Of a stretch of DNA of 64,000 bases, positions 19,714 to 35,441 are shown in pieces. A model generated the notes under the pieces. That model was given only the letters and a program-made list of their open reading frames with translations. It was not told where the DNA came from and did not search any database. This stretch comes from the human T2T-CHM13v2.0 reference genome, Homo sapiens: assembly GCF_009914755.1 (NCBI RefSeq), contig NC_060935.1; one strand, written 5' to 3'. Numbering within the stretch: the first letter of the stretch is position 1; every line of letters starts with the position of its first letter. A program made the position numbers and the translations under genes.

Positions 19714-20736
19714 TTACAATTTGGCATGTTTTTGCAGTGGCTGGTACCGGTTGTTCTTTCCATGTTTAGCGCTTCCTTCAGGAGCTCTTGTAGGGCAGGC
19801 CTGGTGGTGACAAAATCTCTCAGCATTTGCTTGTCTGTAAAGGATTTTATTTCTCCTTCACTTATGAAGCTTAGTTTGGCTGGATATGAAATTCCGGGTC
19901 GAAAATTCTTTTCTTTCAGAATGTTGAATATTGCCTCCACTCTTTTGTGGCTTGTAGAGTTTCTGCCAAGAGATCCGCTGTTAGTCTGATGGGCTTCCCT
20001 TTGTGGGTAACCTGACCTTTCTCTCTGGCTGCCCTTAACATTTTTTCCTTCATTTCAACTTTGGTGAATCTGACAATTATGTGTCTTGGAGTTGCTCTTC
20101 TCGAGGAGTATCTTTGTGGTGTTCTCTGTATTTCCTGAATTTGAATGCTGGCCTGCCTTGCTAGGTTAGGGAAGTTCTCCTGGATAATATCCTGCAGAGT
20201 GTTTTCCAACTTGGTTCCATCCTCCCCATCACTTTCAGGTACACCAATCAGACATAGATTTGGTCTTTTCACATAGTCCCATATTTGTTGGAGGCTTTGT
20301 TCATTTCTTTTTACTCTTTTTTCTCTAAACTTCTCTTCTAGCTTCATTTCATTCATTTGATCTTCTATCACTGATACCCTTTCTTCCAGTTGATCGAATC
20401 GGCTACTGAAGCTTGTGCATGCATCACATAGTTCTTATGTCATGGTTTACAGCTCCATCAGGTCATTTAAGGTCTTCTCTACGCTGTTTATTCTAGTTAG
20501 CCATTCATCCAATATTTTTCAAAGTTTTTAGCTTCTTTGAGATGGGTTCGAACATCCTCCTTTAGCTTGGAGAATTTTGTTATTACCGATCTTCTGAATC
20601 CTTCTTCTCTCTGCTCGTCAAAGTCTTTCTCCGTCTAGCTTTGTTTAGTTGCTGGCAAGGAGCTGCATTCCTTTGGAGGAGAAGAGGTGCTCTGATTTTT
20701 AGAATTTTCAGCTTTTCTGCTCTGGTTTCTCCCCAT
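19714..20736 (-). pseudogene. L1 ORF1p remnant (frameshifted/stopped)
   Basis: Fragments MGRNQSRKAENSKNQS, KRNEQSLQQIWDYVKRPNL..TPRHIIVRFTK and ISYPAKLSF lie in separate frames. Confidence 0.92.
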
Positions 20737-21763
20737 CTTTGTGGTTTTATCTACCTTTGGTCTTCGATGATGGTGACGTACAGATGGGGTTTTGGTGTGG
20801 ATATCCTTTCTGTTTGTTAGTTTTCCTTCTAACACTCAGGACCCTCAGCTGCAGGTCTGTTGGAGTTTGCTGGAGGTCCACTCCAGGCCCCGTTTGCCTG
20901 GGTATCACCAGTGGAGGCTGCAGAACTGCAAATATTGCAGAACGGCAAATGTTGCTGCCTGATCATTCCTCTGGAAGCTTCGTGTCAGAGGGGCACCTGG
21001 CCGTATGAGGTGTCAGTCGGCCCCTGCTGGGAGGTGCCTCCCAGTTAGGCTACTTGGGGGTCAGGGACCCACTTGAGGAGGCAGTCTGTCCGTTCCCATA
21101 TCTCAAACTCTGTGCTGGGAGAACCACTACTCTCTTCAAAGCTGACAGACAGGGATGTTTAAGTCTGCAGAAGTTTTCTGCTGCCTTTTGTTCAGCTATG
21201 CCCTGCCCCCAGAGGTGGAGTCTACAGAGGCAGGCAGGCCTCCTTGAGCTGCGGTGGGCTCCACCCAGTTCGAGCTTCTGGGCAGCTTTGTTTACCTGCT
21301 CAAGCCTCAGCATTGGTGGGCGCCCCTCCCCCAGCCTCGCTGCCGCCTTGCAGTTTGATCTCAGACTGCTGTGCTAGCAGTGAGCAAGGCTCCGTGGGCG
21401 TGGGACCCTCTGAGCCAGGCGCGGGATATAATCTTCTGGTATGCTGTTTGCTAAGACCTTTGGAAAAGCACAGTATTAGGGTGGGAGTGACCTGATTTTC
21501 CGGGTGCGATTTTCCAGGTGCCGTCTGTCGTGGCTTCCCTTGGCTGGGAAAGGGAGTTCCCCGACCCCTTGTGCTTCCCTGGTGAGGCGATGCCTTGCCC
21601 TGCTTTGGCTCACGGTCCGTGGGCTGCACCCACTGTCCTACAAGCCCCAGTGAGATGAACCCGGCACCTCAATTGGAAATGCAGAAATCATCCATCTTCT
21701 GCGTCGCTCACGCTGGAAGCTGTAGACTGGAGCTATTCCTATTCGGCCATCTTGGAACCTCCC
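20737..21763. promoter_or_regulatory. L1 5'UTR: sense promoter (- strand) and antisense promoter (+ strand, towards UVRAG exon 8)
   Basis: Complete 5'UTR with intact YY1 motif (ggccatcttg 21745-21754) and residual CpGs. Activity is inferred from the L1PA family, not shown here. Confidence 0.6.
21313..21495 (+). pseudogene. L1 ORF0 homologue (ATG to TTG, early TGA)
   Basis: Translates (L)VGAPPPASLPPCSLISDCCASSEQGSVGVGPSEPGAGYNLLVCCLLRPLEKHSIRVGVT*, colinear with primate L1 ORF0 (MAGAPPPASLPPCSLISDCCAS...). Confidence 0.85.
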
Positions 21764-21884
21764 TGCCTCTTTTTTCTGGTATTGTTTCTTACTTAAACAT
21801 TTAGTAGAATTCACTGTGAAACCAACTAGACCTTTTTTTTTTCTCCCCTGTTTCTGAAGGTTAGTAATTGTTAATTTAATTTCT

Positions 21885-23353
<1,469 letters not shown>

Positions 23354-23354
23354 T

Positions 23355-24815
23355 CCATTATTTTTTCAAATACTTTTTCAGTCCTTCTCTGTTTCTCTTT
23401 TCTTTCTAGTATTCTGATGACACAAAAGTTAGCTCTTTTGGTATAGTTACACAGGTCCCTGATGTTTTGTTCATTTTTTTTCAAGGCTATTTTCTCTCTT
23501 GCTAAAATTGGTAGTTTCAGTATTCTGTTCACAGACTTTTCCCTGCTTCCTCTGTGCTGCCATTGAGCCCATTCACTGAGTTTTTGTTATTTTTTGTTCT
23601 AAAATTTCCATTTGGTTCTTTATATCTTCTGTTTCTTTGCTGAGACTTTCTAGTTTTTTTTTTCCTACTTTTTCATTTGTTTCAAGCATGTTCTTAATTG
23701 CTATTGAAGCATTTTTATGTTGGCTACTTTCAGGTATTTATCAGAAAATTGTAACACGTCTATCATGTCAGTATTGGCATCTGTTGTTTGTCCTTTTTCA
23801 TTTTGTTTGGCATTTTCCTGGTTCTTGGTGTGGTGAGTGGTTTTTGATTGAAACTTGGACATTTTGGGCATTAAGTTTTAAGTCTCTGGATCTTATTTAA
23901 GCCCTCTGTTTTAGCTGGCTTCCTCTGAGACCTCTCTGGTAGGGGAAAGAAGAGGTGCCATTTCATTACTGCCAGATGAGTATAGAAGTCCAGATTCCCT
24001 ATGCAGCTTCCATTGGCTAAGTGGCAGGGGAGAAAGCTCCCCTTGCCTTAATTAATACTGGCCAGGAGTGGCTCCCCACTAGGCCTCCAATGATAAATTC
24101 TTAGCTGGGAGGAGGAGAGATGCCTTGTTACTTCTCCCCACATATCTTCCACTGATATCACAGAAAGGAGGGTGGCCTCATTAGCACTGGGTAGAGTGAA
24201 AGTGACTCTCAACTAGGCCTTCTCTAATACCACTGCATTGGGGGTGGGAGAGGGTTATCTTATTACAGACAGGTGGGTGGTAAAAGTCCAGGATCCCCAT
24301 GTGGTGTCAGTAGTTACCACATGGGACTCGTTTGGTTACTGCCTAGCAGGGATGAAAACCTCAGGCCTCTGCTTGGCCTTCTTTGAAACGGGCAGGGGGG
24401 TTAGAGCACCTCGGTTTGGTTTGGCAAACGTGGAAATCTACTTTTTGTTTCTATGGATTTGCCTATTCTGGACATTTCATATAAATGGAGCCGTATAGTG
24501 TGTGGCCTTTTAAAACTGGATTCTTTAACATAGCATAATGTTTTTAAGGTTGATCCATGTTGTAGCATTTGTCATTACTTAATTTCTTTTTATTACAAAA
24601 TAATATTTGATTGTATGGATAGGCCACATTTTATTTATCCTTTCATCAGTTGGTGGACATTTGGGTTTTTTATGTCGTTCGGCTATTATGAGTAATGCTG
24701 CTATGAACATTAGTATTCAGGTTTTTGTGTGGACATGTGTTCAGTTCTCTTGGTATATACCTAGAAGTGGAATTTCTGGGTCTTATGGTACCTCTGTATT
24801 TAACTTTTTGAGAAC
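23355..24815 (-). mobile_element. Old L1M ORF1/5' region followed by an L1MB-type 3' fragment
   Basis: KKNEQNIRDLCNYTKRANFCVIRILE..EKVFEKIM is an L1 ORF1 remnant. ctatggatttgcctattctggacatttcatataaatgga is an L1MB 3' motif. Confidence 0.7.
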
Positions 24816-25126
24816 TTACTTATTATTAAGTTTTAAAAATCTTATTGTATTGTATTGTGGTATCAGGGAAGGTACCTGAGATATTTTGTGTAGTGTCTGT
24901 TGGGTCCCCAGACTTAAGATTTACTTTTACTCTTATTCTTTGCTTATTTCTATATGATTTTCATTAAAAGGATGGTGCTGGTAATTAAGTTACTCAAGAG
25001 TTCCATAAGTTTGATGAGTATTAAAATGTTTTAAGCCATTATTTATTTTTAAACATTGTGAGTATGTAATTATTCATAGTCATGACATTTATATTCATAA
25101 ATATACCTGTGATTTTATTTATTTAG

Positions 25127-25670
<544 letters not shown>

Positions 25671-25757
25671 TATGGTGATAGAATTTTCTCAAATTTTTAA
25701 AATATTTTTGCAAGTATTTTGAAGTTAGTCCATAGAGACAAGTGTACAGATCTGTAT

Positions 25758-26297
25758 TCAAATCGTCCCGGACTTACAATGGTTTGATTTAATGATGATT
25801 TAACGTACGATTTTTCAGTTTTACAATGTGCAAAAGTTATATACATGTGGTAGAAACCATACTATGAATTTTGAATTTTGATCTTTTTCCAGGCTAGCAG
25901 TATGTGGTATGATATTTTCTTGCTATGCTAGGCAGTGACAGTGAGCTGCAGCTCTCAGTCAGCCACATGATCATGAGGGTGAACAACCGGTACTCTATAA
26001 TGTACTCTGTTGCTAGTGTTTTTTGGATATTGTGTTTTATGTTTTCACATCCCATCAAGTCTACAAAGTGCTCATCTGTGTACGGTATTCAATGCTGTGT
26101 TATAAAATAAGTTTTGTGTTAGATGATTTTGCCCAACTGTAAGCTAATAAAAGTGTTCTGACACCTTAAAAGTAGGCTAGGCTAAGGTTTCATGATCAGT
26201 AGGTTAGGTGTATTAAATACATTTTCAATTTATGATACTTTCAACTTACAATGGGTTTATCAGGATGTATCCCCATGGTAAGTTATGGAGAAGTTGT
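25758..26297 (-). mobile_element. MER47/Tigger5-type DNA transposon
   Basis: agatgattttgcccaactgta..gtaggctaggctaag..aggttaggtgtattaaat and repeated acttacaatgg subterminal motifs. Confidence 0.8.
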
Positions 26298-26299
26298 GT

Positions 26300-29200
26300 C
26301 CACAGAGCTTGAATTTTCACAAAGCAAACATACCCATGTGAGCAGAATCTCAATCAAGAAACAGGACCCCAAAGCCTCCTCACGCTTCCTTCCATTTACC
26401 ACATCTCCAGCCAGACTAGCCACTGCCAAGACTCAAACCGGATTGGTTTTGCCTAATTTTGAACTTTATAGAAATAGAATCATATATGTACATGTGGTGG
26501 CTCTTTTCAACATTATGTTTGTAGAGTCATTCTTACCTTCATGTGGTTGCAGTTTGTTCGTGTTTAATGCCAAATAGTATTCCATTATATAAGTGTGAAT
26601 TTATTTATCTACTCTTGCTGTTGGTTTCAGTAATTTTCATTTTGGGAACATTAGAGTTAATGTTTCCATGAACCTTCTAGGTTTCTGAGTGAAGAACTTT
26701 CATACGTTTCTTAATAAAGATTTTTAGGTATTTCAGTTGAGTAGAAACTGAGGAGTAGAATTACAGTCAAGAGAATGTACGTATCTTCAGCTCTAGTAGA
26801 TTGTGCCCAATGGTTTTCCAATATGATTGTGCCAGTTTATCTCCCCTCTGTCCAGTGTTGCTCCTTCCTACATCCTTGTCAGGAATTTCTTTTCTTTTTT
26901 TTTTTTTTTGTATATTTTGTATTTATCGCATTTGGTAATTTGTATTTTTCGTTTTAGCCTTTCTGTTGGATATGTTGTAATATCCTCTTGCAGTTTTAAT
27001 TTTTATTTTCCTGAAGACTAATGAAGTTAGTCTTTCATATGTTATAAATTTTATAAACATTTCATATGCTTCTTGCTGACTGAGATACACTCTTTTGTGA
27101 TATACCTGTTTGAATCTTTTGCCCATTAATAAAAAAAGTTTGGTTTGACTGTCTTTTTGTTTGTAAGATTTCTTTATATATTATGGATATGGGTTCTTTT
27201 TTTGGCATATGCTTAAAAATATATTCTCCCATTCTGTGGCTTGCTCGTTCACTCTTTAATGATACCTTTAAATGAACAGAAGTTCCATTTTATCAGTCTT
27301 TCATAGATGAGGCTTTTTGTGACTACTTGGAGAAATATTTATCTATTTTAAGATTTTATAGTTGTTTTTCTATGTGTTCTTTAAAATACTTTACTATTTT
27401 ACTTCTTACATTTATATCTATAATTCATCTGGAATTACTTTTTGTATGTGATGTAAGGTAGGAGTCGAGATTATTTTTTTTCGTATTGATAGTCAGTTGA
27501 CCCAGCACCATTCACTGAAGATCATCCTTTCACCATTGCGTTGCAGTTTTGCTTTTCTCATAAATCAGATGACCATTTGCTTGTAAGTCTGTTAAGAACC
27601 CTCTGTTCTGTTCTATTGATCTATTTTTCTGGTCCTTTGCCATTATCTTGCTGTTTTAATTTTTTTCATGTTATAATAGGTGTTGATATCCATTAAAGTT
27701 CTTCAGCTTAATTGTTTTTCTTCAAGATTACCTCAGTTATTTTTGCCCTATGTCATTTTCATGTGAATTTCTACATAGAAAAGAAAACCTTGCTAGGATA
27801 TTTTTTCTTAATTGTCATACCTCATTGCTGGGATTTGCTAGGATTTTGATGGAACTGCATTGAATATATTTATCAAATGTAATTGGGGATAATAGACATC
27901 TTTACAATATTGAGGCTTCCTTCCCAAGAAAATGATATATGCCTTTGTTTATTAGATCTTCTTTACAAAACGTTATCGAAATAAGATAGTGTATGGGTCT
28001 TTCCCATGATTCATTGAATTTATTTCTATTTTTTGTTGTTTTATGATACTATTGTACATATCTTTAAATCTTATTTTTACTAGTTTCTGGTATATAGATG
28101 TACAATTAATTAGTTTTTTTTAAGTGGTATTAGTATTTATTATGTTTAAAGAAAAATTCACCGGAAGCCTTATAGACAGATTAGTAATTGTTAATGTTAC
28201 AGTTACAGCCCTGCAGCTGCAGTCTTGCTGTGGTTATTTATTTACATTCTAATTTAGTTGCATTATAATTAAATTTCATTACACTAAAATTAGTAATGAT
28301 TTTAATTATTTGTTACAAATATAAAAAATTGCAGAAAATTAAAAAATCAGATTATTGAGATATAATTCCCATACCATATAATTTTGCCATTGAAAGTGTA
28401 TAATTCAGTTTTTCTTAGTTTATTCACAGAGTTGTGCAGTGATCACCACAATCTGATTGTCCTACCTAAAAGAAAACTCATGTGCATTAGCAGTTATTCC
28501 ACACTTCCCCTCCCCCAGTTCTAAGTAACCACCCCCCTACCTTCTGTCTCTAGATTTGCCTTTTCTGGACATTCTTTTATAAACAGAATCATGCAATATT
28601 GTGGTCTTTTATGACCAACTTCATTTGTTTAGCGTAATATTTGTAAGGTTCATCCACACTGTATCATGCATCACTAATTCATTTTTACTCCTGAATAATA
28701 CATTCAGTTATATGGATATGTCACATTTTAAAAATCCACTCATCAGTTGTTGGACATTTGGGTTGTTTCCGCTTTCTGTCTATCACAGATAAAGCTGCTT
28801 ATGAGCATTCATATACAACTTTTTGTAGGGATGTTTGATTTCATTCCTGTTACGTACACCTGGAAGTGGAATTGCTGGGTCATATGAGAACTCTATTTTT
28901 AACTTTTTGAATGACTGCCAACCATTTTCCACAACAGCTGTTTTACATTCCTACCAACAATATATGAGGGTTCCAATCTCCCCATTTTCTCACCAATATC
29001 TGTTATTATCTCTCCTTTTAATTATAGCCATCCTACTGAATATAGCATTGTTTCTCATTGTAGTTTTGATTCAAATTTACCTAATGACTTACATGCTTCT
29101 TACACCAGATTTTCGTATGTTAATTTTATATCCAAGGAACTTATTAACTAGTTCTAATAATTGTTAGATTGTTTTGAATTTTCTGTTTTTACAGTCATCT

Positions 29201-31340
29201 CACCTGCAAATGATGGCATTTTTATTTCTCATTTCCTAATACGTATGCCTTTAAAACTTTTTTCTTACCTGATTGTGTTGTCTGAGACATCCAGTACAAT
29301 ATTAAATAGAAGTAGTATCAGTGGATATCCTTTTCTCATTTCCAGTCTCAGTGAAAGCCTTTAATATTTCATAGAGGGTTTAATAAAACATAGAAGGTTT
29401 ACTATAAGCATTTTTGTAGTTCTTATTTTGTGGTTTACCGTTTTGCATCCTTTACCCATTTTGTCATTTTTGCATTAACTGTTTTTTTTTTTTGAGATGG
29501 AGTTTCGCTCTTGTCTCCCAGACTGGAGTAAAATGGCGTGGTCTCGGCTCACTGCACCCCTCTGCCTGCTAGGTTCAAGCGATTATCCTGCCTCAGCCTC
29601 CCAAGTAGCTGGGATTACAGGCACCTGCCACCATGCCTGGCTAATTTTTGTAATTTTAGTGGAGATGGGGTTTTGCCATGTTGGCCAGGCTGGTCTCAAA
29701 CTCCTGACCTCAGGTGATCTGCCCGCCTTGGCCTCCCAAAGTGCTGCGATTACAGGCATGAGCCACCAGCCCGGCCGCATTAACTGTTCTTTTAATGAAT
29801 TGATAAGAGCTCAATATGTGAATTTTCATTTCTTTGTTTTTTTTATTTTCTTAAAAATCAGTTTTAATGAGGTATATTTTACAATCAAATTAATCAATTT
29901 AAAATACACAGTTTGATGAGTTTAGCTAATGTATTCAGGCAGGTAGCTACCACCACAATCAGTGATAACATTTCTATCATTGTAAACAGCTTTTTGGCCT
30001 TGTTGTAGTCAGTTCTTTCCTCCATCGTTTGACCACTAGCAATTACTGATGTGCTTTCTGATACCATTTTCCTTTTCTAGCATTTCATATGAATGGAATC
30101 ATACAATATGCACTTTTTATATCTGGCTCTTTTTCACTTAGCATAGTAGCTTTGGGATTTATGTGGTTGTATGTGTCAGGAATTCATCTTTTCATTGCTG
30201 AGTAGTATTCACTGTATGTACATACAACTTGTTTATACATTTACCTGTTAATGGCCATTGGGTTTGTTTCCAGTTTTGAATTATTGTGGATAAAGCTGCA
30301 TAGATATTCAAGTATAAGCCCTTGTGTGGGTATATTCTCTTGGTTAAATATTAATAACTAGGTGTGGGATTGCTGGGGTATAGTAAATGTGTGTTTAACT
30401 TTTTAAAAACTACTAAGCTGTTATGCATTTTCAACTAGCAATGTATGAGAGTTTCACTTAGTCCACATCTAAACATTAATTTTAGATTTTAGCCATGTTA
30501 GTGGGTATGTAGTGGTTTCTCATTGTTTTAATTTGTATTTCCCTGATAACTATTGTGGCTGAGCATCTTTTCTTGTGCTTATCTGTTACCTGTTTCTTTC
30601 CTCTGATGAAATGTCTGTTTAGATCTTTCATCTGTTTTTTGGAAAGTGGGGAAGGGGGATGGATGGTAACGTTATTATTAAGTTGTAAGAGTTCTTTTTA
30701 TATTCTGGATATGTTCTTTATCAAATATACGCTTTATATGTTTTTTCTTCCCTATCTTAACAGTGTATTTTGAGTTTATTCATCATTTTTTTTAAACTTT
30801 ATTCTTTTCCTTTTTTTTGAGATGGGGTCTCACTCTTTTGCCCAGGTTGGAGTGCACTGGTGTCATCTCAGCCCACTGCAGCTTTCTGGGTTCAAGAGAC
30901 TCTCCTGCCTCAGCCTCCTCAGTAGCTAGGATTACAGGCGTGTACCACCACGCCTGGGTAATTTTTGAATTTTTAGCAGAGACGTGGTTTCACCATGTTG
31001 TCCAGCCCGGTCTTGAACTCCTGACCCCAAGTGATCCGCCTACCTCCCAAAGTGCTAGGATTACAGGTGTGAGCTACCATGCCCGGCCACTTCTGGAACT
31101 TTCTTTGTGTTTGTTCACCCTCTGCATTGTGGCCTGGAAACACTCCCCATGTAGTGATTTGGAGCCGTTATAGGGCTCACGTTTCTTGTTTTCCTTCTCT
31201 CAGGAATCATTATACTAGGCTGCCTCTTATCTATTGTCTGAAAACTGTTGTTACATATAATTTTGTATGACTTTCTAGTTGTTTACAGTGGGAGGAAAAT
31301 CTGATGTATGTTATTCCATCAGTCAGAAATAGAAGTCTTT
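26300..31340 (-). mobile_element. Stack of old L1ME/L1MB fragments with two antisense Alus (29484-29776, ~30805-31088)
   Basis: Antisense L1 3'-end motifs. Alu TSD gcattaactgtt at 29472-29483 and 29777-29788. Confidence 0.75.
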
Positions 31341-31359
31341 TTTACCTCTATACTTGCTT

Positions 31360-33930
31360 TTATGAGAACACACTTTACTCATCTCTCCTTGGTTTAGTTC
31401 TTTTGGTTCTTCAAAGACATGCTCAAATACTACCTCTCCTTGAGGCTTTTTTCTCCCTCAAATGAAAGTTTCCTGCTCCTTCTTCTGTGTCCCCATAGTG
31501 TTTTGATGTCGTCTTATCTTCGCACTTATTTGGTAAGCCCTTTCAGGGCAGGGACTTTGCACTTTTATGGTATCCTTCTCAGTGCCCAACACTGAGGCCC
31601 TCAGTGAGTATTACACAGCATGAATCTTTGAGGGGCTTTCATATAGGTAATGTACCATTAAATGTAGTACATGAATTATTTAACCTTATTTTATTTGTTG
31701 CATCCTTTTGTGGTTTCCTGTTTAGTTTTTGGTGTATTTCACATAGTTGACATTGGTGGATAAATGAGATATAATAGGAAACAGAAAACCTACTGTGGCA
31801 AGAGTGTATTTGGAATGTGAATAAAGTAAGTCATTTTTAGCAGGTTTTAAAGTTTTGACCTATATGAAGTATAGTTTACATTACAAAGAATAATTTTATA
31901 AATGTGATTTTTCTTCATTTCAGTAATTTTAGAAAATAAGTTTCTAAAGGAACAGGCTTTGATTCAGAATGCCTTGTTTCACAAGCCTACTTCATTGTTT
32001 ACCAGCTGTGTAACCTTGTCCAATAACTTAGTGTTATCTCTACAATGGGGTTAATAGTAATACTTAAAACTGTGTCTCACTGAGTTTTAACAGGCTTCCA
32101 AGTTCTGCTGATGTTTCTGGTCTGTGAACCACATTTTGTGTAGCAAGAATATGTATAATATGATGATCAGATGAGTTATGAAGATGAAATGGTCTCATAA
32201 AAATAGGAGCAAAACACCATCTGTTTTATTCCTATGTCATACTCTCGTGGGTTTCTGTACCTTTAAGATAAAAGTCTCAGCCCAAGATGACTTACAAAGG
32301 CCTCCAATGGCTCACCTCAATCTGAATGCTTCAACCACACAGAACTCTTTTAGTTACTTAAGTATGCTTTGTTCTATCTTACCTGCATACAGGCCTTTGC
32401 CTAAATGTTGTTTTCACCAGGAAACCATCACTGGCTCCCTTCTCTTTCTCCTCCCACCCCTAGGTTAAATGTACTACTGTGTGTTTCCATAGCACCCTAT
32501 ATTTTTCCATGATAGCACTTTGATTATTAGTCTATCTCCTTCTCTAGACAGATTCTGAGGGCAGGCACTGTTCAAGGACTACATTAAATACTCATATCTT
32601 TTAGGCATGGTATAGTACCTGGGATATAGTACACATAGAATAAATATTTGTTGAATGAAAGCATCGTACTTATGCTTATTGGTGTCATGTCATGGGTATC
32701 ATTGCTAAAGAAAGACTTCTCTAACTTCTAGTTTATCATTCATATGGGAAGACTGATACTCTTATGAGAAAGACTGCAGAAAAAGTGTATGTTGTTTGGC
32801 AGTGATAAGTATCTGCATTCCAATACAACTTGCATATTTATAAATGAGAGTCAAAAGGAATAATGCCATTTAAAATCATGAAGCATTATGATAAAGTCCA
32901 TTTGTCTTTGTTAGAATGGCCCCAAATAAATAGACAGTTGTTTTGTACATACAAGGCCTGCTTCAAAAGATTTCATCTTCTGTGAAAAGACACATTTCTT
33001 ACAGTGCTTTGGAAGTACCATCAACTTTTACTGTACTTACATTGCCTGCTATCTGTGGCATATATTTCTGCATATCTTACCTTTTTTAAGATCATTAACT
33101 TTCAAAATGAAAACACTATAAGGTTGTAAAGGGTTTAGGGACTTTTGACCTTTTCTAGTAAGAGTAATAATAGTAGCAATAATGTATCCAGTACAGTGCT
33201 TATTACTATAAATATGTAATATTGTTTAATCACTACAATAACTTTATGAGGTAGATGCTATTATTATTTACCTTTTATAGCTGAGGAAACTATGTCAGGG
33301 TCAGAGAGATTAAGTAACTTACTTAAATTCATGTAGCTAATGAGAGGTGATGTTGAGATTAAAATCTACTGATTCCAAAACTGTCAATCACTGAATAATA
33401 CTACATTTTTATAACTAGCATGATATATAAAACCAAGGGGTATATATTATTCTAGAATATGGTAAAAAGATAGGGAGATATAGTTCTTTAACTGTTTCTG
33501 GTTGTATATTTGCCTATTAGGATAGAAAGAGGTCCCAGGATGTCTATCCTTAGATTATAAGCAAATGAACATCTAAACAGTGATATCTATACCATTTACA
33601 AGACTGAGGTTTAATAATAATTGCTCATATTTAGAGAATATGAGCTTGTATTTATATTTTATAGAACACAAGCCGGTATTAATTGCTCTTATATATAGAA
33701 TATTAGTGCCAGGAAATGTCATGTTTTCTATTCTTTATCTAATTTTGTCCTAATAGTCCTATACATTAAAGATACTATTATTATCCTTCTAATAATAAAG
33801 ATACTACATATTAGTACCCAGTTTGCAGATGAGGATGATTTGTCCAAAATCACATAACAAGTTATGTGCCCAAAGCCACATGCATAGCAAGTTATGGCAG
33901 AGCCTGTGTTCAGAGTTACTGCTGCCTAAC
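31360..33930. mobile_element. Dispersed ancient L2, MIR and MER5-like fragments
   Basis: L2 end aataaatatttgttgaatgaa (~32640-32660) and MIR cores (ttttatagctgaggaaact; tttgcagatgagga). Confidence 0.55.
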
Positions 33931-35441
33931 TGTGCTGCGAAGGGAGATTATAGAATTTTATAGATATCTCTTCTAGTATTTTAATTCTGACAGCCAAGTC
34001 AGTTGCACATTCTTGAATCTCTATTTTATCATGGAGAGAAAGAATGGTAATCTTCAAGTTAAATATGTATTTGTCATGGAGGGTCACAATTGTTGATTTT
34101 TAACACTGAGTTTGTACTTGAAGTGCCATTTTCTCACTTTTATATATGTTTTTGAGATGAGAATTACTTTGTATTCCCCTGGACTATTAGAATCCTTAGA
34201 AGGTTAGGATCTAATGTTGATACTTTGGTTCCTAACATAAGTAGGAGAAAGAGTGCTGCTGTTGGCTTCACTCTTATTCCCATTGCGAATGTTTGTGGGC
34301 TGTGGTGATCGGCACTGGGGAGTGGGAAAGAGGGGGATGGCTGGATACAGATAACCACATTTATTTACTAGCATAACCTGGTCTACTTTTTGGGCACCTG
34401 TGTTCTTCATAGTGGCTGTGCTAGGTAACCAGATACGTACTTGTTCTTCAATATTCTATTCTAAACATATACTATTATATGCTTGTGTTGAACATTATTC
34501 TTGTACATTTACATGAAGGTACTATTTAATGAATCTTGAGCCAAGTTAAAATATTTTGAAAGCACCATAGTCACTGGTATTTGCTCAACGAAGGTGAAAA
34601 AGGTATTTTTCTCTTGCATTTGCAGCTTTGATTTAGTTTGTTTGCTAGGGAGTAGTGAAATGATTTGCTGATATGAATATTACTAGTGCGTTCTTACATA
34701 TTGTGACTGGCACTTGGTGCTTATCTAGGTACTTGGTTCTGAGTCCAGGAGCTCAGTTAGGATATAAAGTCAGTACTATATCATATTTAATTGTGACTTT
34801 GCTGCTGATTATTCTGAATGACCACAAAGGAATTATTTACTGTCTGCATCTTTTTACACATCTGTTCAGTAAGGATAGCTGCTAATAATACTGACATAGG
34901 AATTAATTTGTGTAAACATTTGGAAGAAACCAGGTGCTTATATTTTTGTTCATGAAAATCCATTGCAGCAGGATGATTTATTGGAAAGTGCCAAAAAGAC
35001 AATTTTTATCCACGCTGCTGACTTGCTGAGTGGTCACATAACTCCAAAGGGCCTCATTACTTCACACTCATACGTTTTCCCTTCCTATCCCTCAAAGGCA
35101 GTGGTTCTCAACTTGTGGTCTATGGCAACTTCCAGCTGGGTCATGAGCTGATCTTTTCAGTATTAATGTTTATTAGTGTATATATTTTCATTTCTGGAAG
35201 GTATTAGTAGTTTAACTTAGGATGTTTAATAAAAACCAGATTTCCCCTCAGTAACTCAAGCCAAGTAATCTTCCCATTAATGAATTCTGTGTTGCTTTAC
35301 CGGGTCTTTTGTCCTGACACAACCCCCAAATCTTTGAAAAGCAACACTCTATCAAAATTAGTTTGCTGGAAACTTAGCTCAAAAAATGGTATGAAATGTT
35401 GGTTTTATGGAAGTGTGTTCAGTAGAATGTAGGTTTCTTAT

